Shown here: positions 1 to 8,823 of the stretch, one piece after another
How the letters are laid out: the number at the start of each line of letters is the position of its first letter
How positions within the stretch are numbered: the stretch's first letter is position 1
Assembly: GCA_963776675.1 (NCBI GenBank)
Contig: CAVZNR010000030.1
Span: 7,814 to 71,813 of the forward strand
DNA length: 64,000 nucleotides
Source: an uncultured Alphaproteobacteria bacterium
Lineage (GTDB): Bacteria; Pseudomonadota; Alphaproteobacteria; Rhizobiales; Hyphomicrobiaceae
Direction: 5' to 3'
Made by a program: the position numbers and the translations under genes
The notes under the pieces: generated by a model
What the model saw: only the letters and a program-made list of their open reading frames with translations
Databases searched by the model: none
What the model was told of the DNA's origin: nothing

Positions 1-1
1 G

Positions 2-526
2 GCCCTCGTCACCAAAGACCTGCGCGAAGTCACGACCAAGAGCAGCCTGCTCTGGGGCTTTGCGGTCGCCACGCTCGCAATTCTGTTTCTCGACCACTTC
101 CGCGAGACGACCAGCATTCCCGCGGACTGGTACTGGCTGTTGCCGCTCACCGCGGCGCTGAGCTGGGGCATCATCGCCGCCGGTCTCGTCTCCATGGCCA
201 TCCCCCACGTGCAGCACGCGATGGAAGCGCGCGCCGAGGAGCACAACCGGCGCATCTATGCCGCCCGCAACTTCCACACCGCCGGCAAGTTCGAAAAGGG
301 CGTGCTGCTCTATTACAAGGGCCGCGACCAGCAGCGCTTCAAAGCGCGCGGCGACGTGCCGGGCCTGCAGGACATGGTGCGCGAGGGACTGCTCGACAAC
401 GACAGCCTCGATAAGCACGCCACCATGCAGCACTATCAGATCCCCGACACCGTGTGGCAGCTGCTCGACGACACGCCCAAGGGCTGGTCCGACGGCGTCA
501 GCGTCATGCAGGCCGACTGGGAATAA
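2..526 (+). CDS. Membrane protein, 5'-partial; resembles superinfection exclusion B (SieB) family
   Basis: Frame open from the window edge (ALVTKDLREV...). Two hydrophobic segments are followed by a soluble tail with EKGVLLYY...V.EGLL...YQIPDTVWQLL. Confidence 0.55.
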   Translation, partial: ALVTKDLREVTTKSSLLWGFAVATLAILFLDHFRETTSIPADWYWLLPLTAALSWGIIAAGLVSMAIPHVQHAMEARAEEHNRRIYAARNFHTAGKFEKGVLLYYKGRDQQRFKARGDVPGLQDMVREGLLDNDSLDKHATMQHYQIPDTVWQLLDDTPKGWSDGVSVMQADWE

Positions 527-569
527 GGACGAGCCGCCGCGCAGCCGCGGCAGCAAGGAACACACGACG

Positions 570-606
570 GGGCTCGCGTCTTCCTCCCGGATGCGGGCCC
601 TTTTTT
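570..606 (+). terminator. Rho-independent terminator
   Basis: Stem gggctcgcgtc/gatgcgggccc (with G:U pairs) followed by T6, just downstream of the stop at 526. Confidence 0.75.
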
Positions 607-695
607 GTGACAGACGGGCGGCGGGGGCGTGCCGGCGCGACTGGCGGCGACAGAGCTGGCGCCCATGCTGGCCGCATACTGGCCCTGGCGCGCAC

Positions 696-724
696 TGGCC
701 GTGGCGCACATGGGGCTATATAAG
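696..724 (+). promoter_or_regulatory. Possible sigma70 promoter of tRNA-Thr
   Basis: TGGCCG-17 nt-TATAAG upstream of the tRNA; the -35 is weak. Confidence 0.3.
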
Positions 725-772
725 GAGCGCCCGGCGGGCGCGCTTCGAGCGCCCCGCGCGCGCGCACGGTAA

Positions 773-848
<76 letters not shown>

Positions 849-888
849 GTACTCTGCTCATTCTTCTCGCGGACTCGGCCCGCCGCGC

Positions 889-1200
889 TCACGCCGCCGG
901 ATCCAGCGTCGGAATCTTACTGACGTCGATCTCGCGGGCGGCGTGCCAGGTATCGTAGGCAGCCTGCATGCGCACCCACAGGTCCGGGCCGTTGCCGAAC
1001 AGCTTGCCGAAGCGCACGGCGACGGCCGGCGAGACAGGCTTCTTCTCGTTCAGGATGTCGTTCAGATGCTGGCGCGATATACCGGCAAGGCTGGCAATCT
1101 CCACCTTGGTGCGCCCCACGGCCGGCAGCACATCCTCGCGCAGCAGCGCGCCCGGGTGCGTCGGCGGGCGCTTGGGGTTGCGCGTGGCGGAATAAGACAT
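889..1200 (-). CDS. higA: HigA-family antitoxin (HTH-XRE)
   Basis: PTHPGALLRED motif, HTH region and LWVRMQAAYD; lies downstream of higB. Start taken at ATG 1200. Confidence 0.92.
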   Translation of the reverse strand: MSYSATRNPKRPPTHPGALLREDVLPAVGRTKVEIASLAGISRQHLNDILNEKKPVSPAVAVRFGKLFGNGPDLWVRMQAAYDTWHAAREIDVSKIPTLDPAA

Positions 1201-1225
1201 TTCGGTCGCTCCTTGCGTTTCGACG

Positions 1226-1498
1226 CTAGTGGTACTGTTCCAAATCGACGTTGATCGCATCCCCTCCTTCGAACTCGAAGGTAATGCACCACGGGCCGTT
1301 GACGTGCACGGAGTAGCGCTTCGGCACGCCTTGCAGCCCGTGGAAGTCGAAGCCGGGGACATTCATATCCTCCGGCCGCGTTGCTACATCGAGCGCGTCC
1401 AGACGTTGCAGGATGCGCTTGTGCAGACGGGCGTCGATCTTGGATCGACCCCCAGCCCACAGTTCCGCCAGTTGCTTGTTACGGAACGAGTTGATCAT
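1226..1498 (-). CDS. higB: HigB-family (RelE-like) toxin
   Basis: MINSFRNKQL...FHGLQG...YSVHVNGPWCITFEF...VDLEQYH, 90 aa, toxin-first gene order. Confidence 0.92.
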   Translation of the reverse strand: MINSFRNKQLAELWAGGRSKIDARLHKRILQRLDALDVATRPEDMNVPGFDFHGLQGVPKRYSVHVNGPWCITFEFEGGDAINVDLEQYH

Positions 1499-1509
1499 CG
1501 GCGGATAAT

Positions 1510-1544
1510 GTAAGCTATTTGCTTACTGTAAGCAAGTGGCTTAC
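1510..1544. promoter_or_regulatory. Two tandem palindromic operators upstream of higBA
   Basis: GTAAGC-N5-GCTTAC at 1510-1526 and again at 1528-1544. Confidence 0.75.
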
Positions 1545-1566
1545 ATTCCGACCCTAATGGCCTAGA

Positions 1567-1611
1567 TTGTAATCAAGGGGTCGGGGGTTCAAATCCCTCA
1601 GCCGGCACCAG
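1567..1611 (+). repeat. Direct repeat of tRNA-Thr 3' half (att-like)
   Basis: Matches 805-849 at 44 of 45 nt, starting in the anticodon loop and running through CCA. Confidence 0.95.
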
Positions 1612-1780
1612 CAAATCCAATAGGCTTAGATGGGTTGGCTGGCGCCCCCGCAGGTCTGCTCTTGCGCGTGATCACAAAGTGCCGCGCTTCGTGGTTGCCG
1701 CCCTCGCCAGCCGAGCACGCTTCCCTTCGGCTCCGCGTCCGGACGCGGATCTCTACGTTGCCTACTGATGCGGCTCGCAC

Positions 1781-2455
1781 CTAAGGGGCGTCGCCAAGTT
1801 CTTTCACGACACAGTCTATTAGCTCGAGCATGTCGTTGGTCGACAGCTGGGCACCGCGTTCAGCCGCCTCGCGACGGAACTCTGGGGTATCCGATCCAGC
1901 AAAAATGTAGAACGGAACGGTGCTGCCGCTGTCACGTACCGCCTCCAGCAGCCCATACCCGGCGCGCATGTCGGCGCCGCGGCCCATGTCCGAGATCAAG
2001 AGGTCGAACTTGCGACGCTGCATCAGCGCCAATGCCGCCTCGGTGCTGCGAGCCTGCTCTATGTTCAGACCGAACTTCCGGAGCGCCCTCACGGCGAGCT
2101 CATTATTGGCCGGGTTGTCGTCGACCCAGAGAATGGACTTGCCGGTGAGGTTATTCAGTGCTTCGGGCGTGAAAACCTCATCGATGGTGGCGCGGATGCG
2201 GGGAACGTCGACTTTTTCTCCTGAGGCCGGCTGCCAAGCACGGCTAGCCGTGGCGGTGGCGACGATCGCCTCCTCCTTCAACATCCGAAAACTGAAGGGC
2301 CCAACCGCAAGGCTTTCGATGCGCCTCCTTCGAAGGGCAACGACCAGCAACATAAGAGCCAGCAACCACGCAATCAGGTTCACGACCGTACTAATCGCTT
2401 GCGCCACCTCGAAATATGGTTTGTGCATTTGTACGAACGCGAAAATGTGGTCCAC
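1781..2455 (-). CDS. Membrane-anchored response-regulator receiver protein without output domain
   Basis: N-terminal hydrophobic helix; receiver motifs ILWVDDNP and FDLLISDMGR. Confidence 0.8.
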   Translation of the reverse strand: MDHIFAFVQMHKPYFEVAQAISTVVNLIAWLLALMLLVVALRRRRIESLAVGPFSFRMLKEEAIVATATASRAWQPASGEKVDVPRIRATIDEVFTPEALNNLTGKSILWVDDNPANNELAVRALRKFGLNIEQARSTEAALALMQRRKFDLLISDMGRGADMRAGYGLLEAVRDSGSTVPFYIFAGSDTPEFRREAAERGAQLSTNDMLELIDCVVKELGDAP

Positions 2456-2540
2456 GAGTGTCTCACCGTAAAATAATAGTCGGCTTGCACGACGATGTTA
2501 TCGACTTCGGAGCGGACGGTCTAACAGGGAACGATACTCG

Positions 2541-2861
2541 CTACGCGGTGACCGCGCGCGTCCTGAGACGCACACCTTCGTTTTTCTGAAGGTGATTGAC
2601 GATCTCGAACAGGTTGTTCGCCTGCGGATTTCCGGCCGCTCCAAGCATCCGCATGAGGCTTTTCGCAGGCTTGCGCGTTGCCTTGCTCAATGCTTCGAAG
2701 CCAATCGTCGCGTTGATGTAATCGCGCAGCATCGCTTTGCCGGTCTCGACATCGTCGGCAAGCAGACAGTCGATAGCCTCTATGAGGAGCGCCTTGCGGA
2801 AGGCCGCATCCTGCTTTGCGCGGGCGACGACAGTGGCCTTAAATTCCTTTGTTAGAGCCAT
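2541..2861 (-). CDS. Addiction-module antitoxin / HTH regulator
   Basis: MALTKEF...GFEALSKAT...KSLMRMLG..GNPQANNLF; overlaps the toxin 3' end. Confidence 0.85.
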   Translation of the reverse strand: MALTKEFKATVVARAKQDAAFRKALLIEAIDCLLADDVETGKAMLRDYINATIGFEALSKATRKPAKSLMRMLGAAGNPQANNLFEIVNHLQKNEGVRLRTRAVTA

Positions 2862-3205
2862 ATTTCGCATAATCCCTGCTTCTGTTGCCGTTTGCGCAGC
2901 TTGTAGGCCCGCCAGCTGTCCTTGGCGGTGGAGATGTCGCTCTGCTGACCGCGTTTGGTGCCGCCGCCCAAAAGCAAGATCAGCACATCACCGTCTCGCC
3001 CGAAGTACACGCGATAGCCGGGTCCATAGTCGATGGTCCGCTCCAGGACCCCCTCGCCTACGCCTCTCACATTCGAATTGTTGCCTTCGCCAAGCCGGGT
3101 AACCGCCGTCGTCACCTTCGCGGCGGCCTGCGCGGGCAGCCCATCGAACCACTTTTCGAATGGGGAGCTGCCCTTCTCATCGACATACTGCTCAAGCCTG
3201 GGCAC
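2852..3205 (-). CDS. RelE/ParE-superfamily toxin (addiction module killer protein)
   Basis: SPFEKWF...VGEGVLERTIDYGPGYRVYF...LLLGGGTK..QQSDI; GTG start at 3205 inferred. Confidence 0.88.
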   Translation of the reverse strand: MPRLEQYVDEKGSSPFEKWFDGLPAQAAAKVTTAVTRLGEGNNSNVRGVGEGVLERTIDYGPGYRVYFGRDGDVLILLLGGGTKRGQQSDISTAKDSWRAYKLRKRQQKQGLCEIWL

Positions 3206-3215
3206 GGGACAATAG

Positions 3216-3231
3216 GTAACACTAGTGTTAC
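3216..3231. promoter_or_regulatory. Palindromic operator of the second TA operon
   Basis: Perfect 16-bp palindrome GTAACACTAGTGTTAC, 10 nt upstream of the toxin start. Confidence 0.7.
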
Positions 3232-3333
3232 TATATGTCAAGCCTGCCGGTGGCCTGTGTGGACACGACTTGCATCGCCCGACACTTCAGGGATGACGTA
3301 TTCGATGCCAGAGCGCGTGCCGCTTACGCATCC

Positions 3334-3981
3334 TCACCGCTCCATGCGCACATGCCCGATCACGGCCTTGAGATTGTTCCACGCTTCGGAGAACGTCCCG
3401 CCCTCGCTGGAGGCCACGACCTGCTTCGACGTCATGGTGATGGTCCAGCACCCCGGCGTCACGTTCAGCGTGACCTGAAAGTCCTTGCCGCCCTCGCGCA
3501 TCATCTCCTGCGACAGGATCTGCTCGGCCTGCTGCAGCTCGTCTTGCTTTTTGTCCTTGCGCAGCTGCTTGGCGCGCTGGCGCCGCTTGCGGCTGCACCA
3601 GGCTTCCCAGGCCGCTTGCGGAACACCGTCGGGCGCGGGCAGATACGGGCTGCGGTCGAGCCGGTCCAGCGCGGCGAACAGATGCCCATGCTCGAGGTCG
3701 GCAGCGGAAATGCCGTAGCGGTCTCTGAGCTCGATCACCTTGGCGAGCGCCGCCCTGGCTTCACCGGGCGTGCAGCCGCGGGCGACGGTCTTTTGCGTGA
3801 GCGCCTCGACCTTCTCGACCACGCGCTGCGGCGGATGCGCGGCGTCGGCCGCAGGGTTGCAGTCCGGGCACGGCATGCGGTCGCCGCATTGGCAGCCGCC
3901 TTCCATCTTCATCGACCAGGGGCGATCGGGATGCGCCTCGCACACCCACCCGACATCCTGGCAACTGACGCAGTCCGGCAC
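3334..3981 (-). CDS. Cys-rich (Zn-finger-like) protein with DUF2786-like segment
   Basis: GTG start with GAGGGGA RBS; CxxC...WVCEAHP...CxCG...CPDC, then EKVEAL...TPGEARAALAKVIELRDRYGI. Confidence 0.65.
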   Translation of the reverse strand: MPDCVSCQDVGWVCEAHPDRPWSMKMEGGCQCGDRMPCPDCNPAADAAHPPQRVVEKVEALTQKTVARGCTPGEARAALAKVIELRDRYGISAADLEHGHLFAALDRLDRSPYLPAPDGVPQAAWEAWCSRKRRQRAKQLRKDKKQDELQQAEQILSQEMMREGGKDFQVTLNVTPGCWTITMTSKQVVASSEGGTFSEAWNNLKAVIGHVRMER

Positions 3982-4237
3982 CTGGCGGCTCCCCTCGTGC
4001 CCGCTCCGATCGCATCATGACAGAAGATGAACGCCGGTGTGAGCCCCGTGGGGCAGTTGGACGCCGCCGCCCCGGCTGTCCTCACAATGCGCCTAAGGTC
4101 CGGATTGCCCAACGTTCCCGTCCCCGCTTACCATTTTGATCCGGGCACGTTATGCTCATTCCCGGTAGACTGGCTTCGTGCCGTGCACCCCGCGCCATTT
4201 TCGGCGCGCGTATTGCGATGTTGGTTGGATTTTTCAG

Positions 4238-4453
4238 ATGAAGAGTTCCGCGCACGTCATTTGCGATGTTCTCGGCGAGGGCGACTACGCCTATTTCACC
4301 GTGACCTATGGGAGCGGCAAACAGGCATCGGTCGAAATCATCGGCCTGCCCAGAGGCCTCAGCGAAGCGGACGCAGAAGCGGAGACGGTTTTGCTCGAGC
4401 TGATCGAGGCGCTGGAGGCGTGGCGCGCGAGCAATGGGAAGGCTTATCTCTGA
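4238..4453 (+). CDS. Small hypothetical protein
   Basis: 71-aa ORF with protein-like composition; no family recognised. Confidence 0.4.
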   Translation: MKSSAHVICDVLGEGDYAYFTVTYGSGKQASVEIIGLPRGLSEADAEAETVLLELIEALEAWRASNGKAYL

Positions 4454-5295
4454 GCAACGGCGCCATGGCGGCGCGTCGCCTCGCGGCGTCCGGGTCTCGA
4501 GACAAAAAGAGAGCGCCGTATCGGAGGGGAAGATGGCCGCTTCCGATCGAGCCCTAGGGTGGCTCGCCCTGCCGGCGTTCGGCAGAATTGGGTCCTCGTG
4601 CGCGCCTCAGCAATAAATTGGAGCAAGACGCTCGCAAAATAATGGGCGCCCCAACTCAATGCACGCACGGGGCACACTGAGCATTGCGCCAACCGCCGGA
4701 GCCGTCCACTCCACAAAAAGCGGTATGGGGCGAGCGGGCGGCGTCGGGCTTATGCGCGCCCGTCAGGCGCGGGCGCCGGAGCGCCGGCGCAGCCAGCCCA
4801 TCAGGCCCAGCCCGTCCGCATGCGGCATACCGGAAATAGTCTTTGACTATCCGCGGCTTTCTCGAAATCGCTTTGGTCACCTGCGTGAATTTCAATAAAA
4901 TCTGCAGCAAAAGTCAGTCCGCATGCCGCTCGGCCGGGCGGCGCCGTGCCGTCCGCGGGCCCCTGGCGAGGTGGGCATGAGCACTGGCCATATGCACATC
5001 TCCGCGCCCGCTCCTCTGACCCGCTCTCCGCTCGCTGCCGTTCCGTCGCGCCCGCTGCCACAAGCGCGGCGCGTCAGGCTCGCAATGTCAAAGGCTTAGC
5101 ATCGCGCGGGATGATCCAGCCGTCGCGGCGCGCGCGATCGCGAGCGACGCGCAGCGCAGTCCGCGACTCGCGGTAGGCTGTCATCCATCGCATCGCGCTA
5201 TGCTCAGTTCGACCGTATGCTCCATTTTCGGCGCATTTCGGTTGTCCTATAGCGTTTTGCGTTGCGGACAAGTCATTGCGGGTCAAGGGGTCGAC

Positions 5296-6756
5296 GTGAA
5301 GAGTGCAGCCAAGGCCATCGCCGGACGTGCCTCGCCGGGCATGCGCTACCGGGACGTCGATAAGGCCATCGAATTCCTGTGCCGCGCCTTCGGGTTCGAG
5401 CTGCGCTCCGCCGAGAAGGACGCCGACGGCCGGACCACCTACGCGGAACTGTCGTTCGGCAGCACGATCATCATGATCGCGGCGGCGAGCGGCTTCGACA
5501 TGGACCGCTTCATGGCGCAGCCCGGCGACATCGGCGGCGCCGAGACGCAGTGCTGCTACTACGTCGTCGACGACATCGACGCGCAATACGCCCGCGCCTG
5601 CAAGGCCGGCTGCGACATGGTCATCGACATGCAGACCCGCCCCAACGGGGCGCGCGCCTTCACCTGCCGCGACATCGAAGGCCATCTGTGGTGCTTCGGG
5701 ACGTATGATCCGTGGGCGAGCCTGTCGATCCGGCCCGATCATACGACCGAGGCCGCCGCCCATCCGGGCGCCGTAACGCCAGCACTGGCGGCCACGGCTG
5801 AGCGCCCTGCGCCCAAATTCCCGGCCCGCCTCGCCGCCGCCCTGTCGATGGCGGCAATCGTGTCGGGCGTGGGCGCGGCCTGGATCTACGGCGAATCCTG
5901 GCAAACCTCGCGCGAAGCGGGCGCCGCACCGATCGGCGTGAGCGGTCCGGAACGCGTGATCAGCCTGGAGCTGAGCAAGGAGACCTTCCAGAGCGCGATC
6001 AAGACGGCGCGCCAGCGTCTCGCCGTGGAGCGGCGCATCCGACGCACGGCCGAGCGCGCATCCAAGGCGGCGCAGGCGGAGGCGGCGCAAGAGCGAAGCC
6101 AGCGGATCGCGGCGGAGCAAACGGCCAAGACGCTCGCAGCCCAGCTGGCGGCGGCGCAACACGCCGCCGACGAGGCGCAAAAGGCCGCGAGCACGGCGCA
6201 GGAAAAGCTCACTCAGGAACGCGACGAGCAGCGCGACACGCTGCTCGACAAGGCCGAGGAGCGCGCGCACCTCGCCCGCGAGCTCGAGGACGCCCAGCGC
6301 ACCGCCCAACAGACGCGTGCCGAGTTGGAGCGTGCCAAGGTCGCGCAGGCGGCAGCCGAGAAAGAGGCAACCGAAACGCGCGCGCGCCTCACCTTTGTCA
6401 GCACCAACGCCAAGGAAAGCTCGCAACAGGCGATCGCGGATCTGCGCAAGCAGATGGAAGAAGAAAAGTCCGCACGCGAGGTGGCCGAGCGCGAGGTCAA
6501 GGATGCGCGCGACGAGCTCGAGCGCGAGCGCGAGTTGAAAAACGACGCATGGCGCACCGTCGAGCAGCTGAAGCGCCGGCTGGCGGCTGCCGGCGTGCCG
6601 ACATCCAGCCCGCAGCGGAAGAGGGCCGTGGCCCGCAAGCGCGCCAAGGCCGCGCCCCAGGCGCAGTCGGCGAGCGCCGCGCCGGCACCAGCAAAGAACA
6701 AGGGCTGGAGCCTCTATAGCGGCCCCGTGTTCGTCAAAGAAGGTGGCCAGCCCTGA
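5296..6756 (+). CDS. VOC/glyoxalase-domain protein with TM helix and long coiled coil
   Basis: PGMRYRDVDKAIEFL..AFGF...FTCRDIEGHLWCFGTYDPW, then a hydrophobic helix and an A/E/R/K/Q-rich heptad region. GTG start inferred. Confidence 0.8.
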   Translation: MKSAAKAIAGRASPGMRYRDVDKAIEFLCRAFGFELRSAEKDADGRTTYAELSFGSTIIMIAAASGFDMDRFMAQPGDIGGAETQCCYYVVDDIDAQYARACKAGCDMVIDMQTRPNGARAFTCRDIEGHLWCFGTYDPWASLSIRPDHTTEAAAHPGAVTPALAATAERPAPKFPARLAAALSMAAIVSGVGAAWIYGESWQTSREAGAAPIGVSGPERVISLELSKETFQSAIKTARQRLAVERRIRRTAERASKAAQAEAAQERSQRIAAEQTAKTLAAQLAAAQHAADEAQKAASTAQEKLTQERDEQRDTLLDKAEERAHLARELEDAQRTAQQTRAELERAKVAQAAAEKEATETRARLTFVSTNAKESSQQAIADLRKQMEEEKSAREVAEREVKDARDELERERELKNDAWRTVEQLKRRLAAAGVPTSSPQRKRAVARKRAKAAPQAQSASAAPAPAKNKGWSLYSGPVFVKEGGQP

Positions 6757-6781
6757 TGCTACCGGCAACCGCCGGCTGTGC

Positions 6782-7687
6782 TCAGCTCTGCCCCTCGTTG
6801 TTTGCGCGCGCCCGCGCCGCGATCTGCGCGTCAAGCTCGGCGCCGATCAGCACCACGATGGTCGTCACCCACATCCACATCATGAGACCGACGACGGCGC
6901 CCAGCGAGCCGTAGATGGCGTTGTAGTTGGCGACGTTCGACAGGTACCAGGAGAGCAGCGCCGAGGTTCCGATCCAGCCCGCCGCCGCCGCCACCGCGCC
7001 GACGCTCAACCACGACCAGTGCGGCTGCTTGCGCGATGGGCCGTAGCGGTAGAGCACGGCGAGCCCGGCAAGCATCAACGCCAGCAACAGCGGCCAGCGC
7101 AGATACTCCAGACCTCCAAGCGACTCGACGCCGAAGGCGGCGAGCAGCAGCGGCAACACCACCACGCCGGTCAGCGCCAGCATGAGCGCCGCCATCGTGC
7201 CCAGCGTCAGCACCATCGACACGACATTGAATTTGAGAAAGCTGCGCGTCTCGGTCTGGTTGTAGACGACATTGAGCGCATCCATGATCGCCTTGGTGCC
7301 GGTGTTGGCGCTCCAGATGGCAAACAGCAACGCCAGCAGCGACGTTAGTCCCAGCTGCGCCGCGCCGCTGTCGGCGGCGCGGTCGGCCTGAGTTTGAAAA
7401 ATCGAGAAGGCGCCGCTCGGCAGCAGCTCCTGCACCAGCGACAGGTGCTCGGCGACCGTCGTCGGATCGGCGAACAGCCCATAGAGCGAGACGAATGCGG
7501 TGATCGCGGGAAAGATCGCCAGCAGCGCGTAGAACACCACGCCGCCAGCGATGGCGAGGAGCCGGTCCTCGTTGAACTGATGGAAGATACCGGCGGCGAT
7601 CGCCTTCCAGTCGGCAGCCGACATGCGCCAGGGTGCGACCGGTCCGGAGGCGGAATCCGCGCGTGCGCTCGAGGGGCTGGCGCTCAT
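6782..7687 (-). CDS. YihY/virulence factor BrkB family membrane protein
   Basis: AGGVVFYALLAIFP, LYRYGP and YNAIYGSLGAVVGLMMWMW motifs. Confidence 0.92.
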   Translation of the reverse strand: MSASPSSARADSASGPVAPWRMSAADWKAIAAGIFHQFNEDRLLAIAGGVVFYALLAIFPAITAFVSLYGLFADPTTVAEHLSLVQELLPSGAFSIFQTQADRAADSGAAQLGLTSLLALLFAIWSANTGTKAIMDALNVVYNQTETRSFLKFNVVSMVLTLGTMAALMLALTGVVVLPLLLAAFGVESLGGLEYLRWPLLLALMLAGLAVLYRYGPSRKQPHWSWLSVGAVAAAAGWIGTSALLSWYLSNVANYNAIYGSLGAVVGLMMWMWVTTIVVLIGAELDAQIAARARANNEGQS

Positions 7688-7829
7688 GACGGCAAAAACG
7701 CGCGCCCGCGCCGAGCCGTTCCCTCAAAGCCTGGCCCGACCACACGCCCAAATCGCAAGCCTACCAAGGGGAACTCCTTTCCCGGCCGACCGTTAAGCGG
7801 CAAAAGCTCGCGTTAGCGGAGGAAAGCCG

Positions 7830-8129
7830 GTGCTAAAAAACGTGCTCGCGGCCGCAGAGGGTTTCGCCGCCCAGCTGTCCCATGCCGGCATTAAAGATCA
7901 TGTCACCGTATCGCTCACGAGCGAGGACGGACAGCGGTTGCAATCTCTCATCCAGGACAAAGTGAGCATTGCCAAGCTGCCGGTCGACCCGGCCACCAAC
8001 GAGGTGCTGTGCGCGGCGACACTGGCCGACGTGACATTCACCTGGGTCGGCCCCGACACCGTGCCGGCGTCCTATCTCGAGCCCACGCCCTTGAGCTTGG
8101 GTCGTGCGGAGTGGCGCTCGCGATCTTGA
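7830..8129 (+). CDS. Hypothetical protein
   Basis: GGAGG RBS before the GTG; GC3-rich codons. Confidence 0.55.
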   Translation: MLKNVLAAAEGFAAQLSHAGIKDHVTVSLTSEDGQRLQSLIQDKVSIAKLPVDPATNEVLCAATLADVTFTWVGPDTVPASYLEPTPLSLGRAEWRSRS

Positions 8130-8293
8130 TACCTTGCAGAAACTTTTTTGCCTGCCAGAAAAGTCGGAGCGCCAGCGGACGTCTCCGTGGCGTCCCCGGC
8201 GCTCCTGCCGTGCGCTTCGCACCCACCAGTTGCGAGACGCTGGCTCCGGCTCAATGCACTTGTGCCGATTTGGGTTCCCTCACCGCGCCCGAC

Positions 8294-8326
8294 AAACAAA
8301 AGAGCCCGGCACGAGAGGCCGGGCTC
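8294..8326 (-). terminator. Rho-independent terminator (minus strand)
   Basis: Perfect 9-bp stem gagcccggc/gccgggctc followed by TTTTGTTT on the minus strand. Confidence 0.7.
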
Positions 8327-8563
8327 CAAGGAATTCCGATTACACCGCCCGCCGCGGTGGCAAGCTTTACGACGTCCGGTGCAACATGGCCCCCGGCATA
8401 GGAGCGGTTGGTGGCGAAAATCAGTCATTCACCGGGCTGCGAACGGCATTCTTTCACGACTCTGGTCAGAGCTATGCGCCTTGCCCACCTCACCCTTGCT
8501 CACATCGCGCCGATGTGGCACTCGACGGGCACAACGTCGCCCGCGTAACGGCAGGAGCCTCTC

Positions 8564-8692
8564 ATGGACGCCAAGTCCCTACTCGTCATCGTTCTGGTCG
8601 CGGCCGTGGCCGTGCTCGGCTATCTCTATTACCAAAGCCAGCAGACGAGCGTGAAGATCGACGTCCCCGGCGTCAAAATCGAGGCCAACTAG
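8564..8692 (+). CDS. 42-aa single-TM small protein (absent from the ORF track)
   Basis: AGGAG RBS; MDAKSLLVIVLVAAVAVLGYLYYQSQQTSVKIDVPGVKIEAN*. Confidence 0.75.
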   Translation: MDAKSLLVIVLVAAVAVLGYLYYQSQQTSVKIDVPGVKIEAN

Positions 8693-8823
8693 CCCCGCAG
8701 GGGGCTGGACGCGCAGGCCGCCGGCTGCCCCATGCCACATATGGCATGGCGCTGCGCGTCGGCGTGCACTACGATCATGCCCACGGCGCCTCCGGGGAGT
8801 AGAGTTCCGGCGACACGAGGATC

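Larger units (their letters stand above)
849..1611. mobile_element. Minimal tRNA-integrated islet carrying only higBA
   Basis: Bounded by the tRNA 3' half (805-849) and its direct repeat (1567-1611); no integrase inside. Confidence 0.7.

Noticed and set aside
1567-1610. Second tRNA-Thr gene
   Set aside because: Only the 3' half is present, with no D-arm or 5' acceptor strand; treated as an att-like repeat.
5074-6834. 586-aa minus-strand ORF, and similar long antisense ORFs (19227-20738, 59181-60713, 61617-62897, 32424-33461)
   Set aside because: Shadows of well-supported genes on the opposite strand; expected in high-GC DNA and carrying no motifs.
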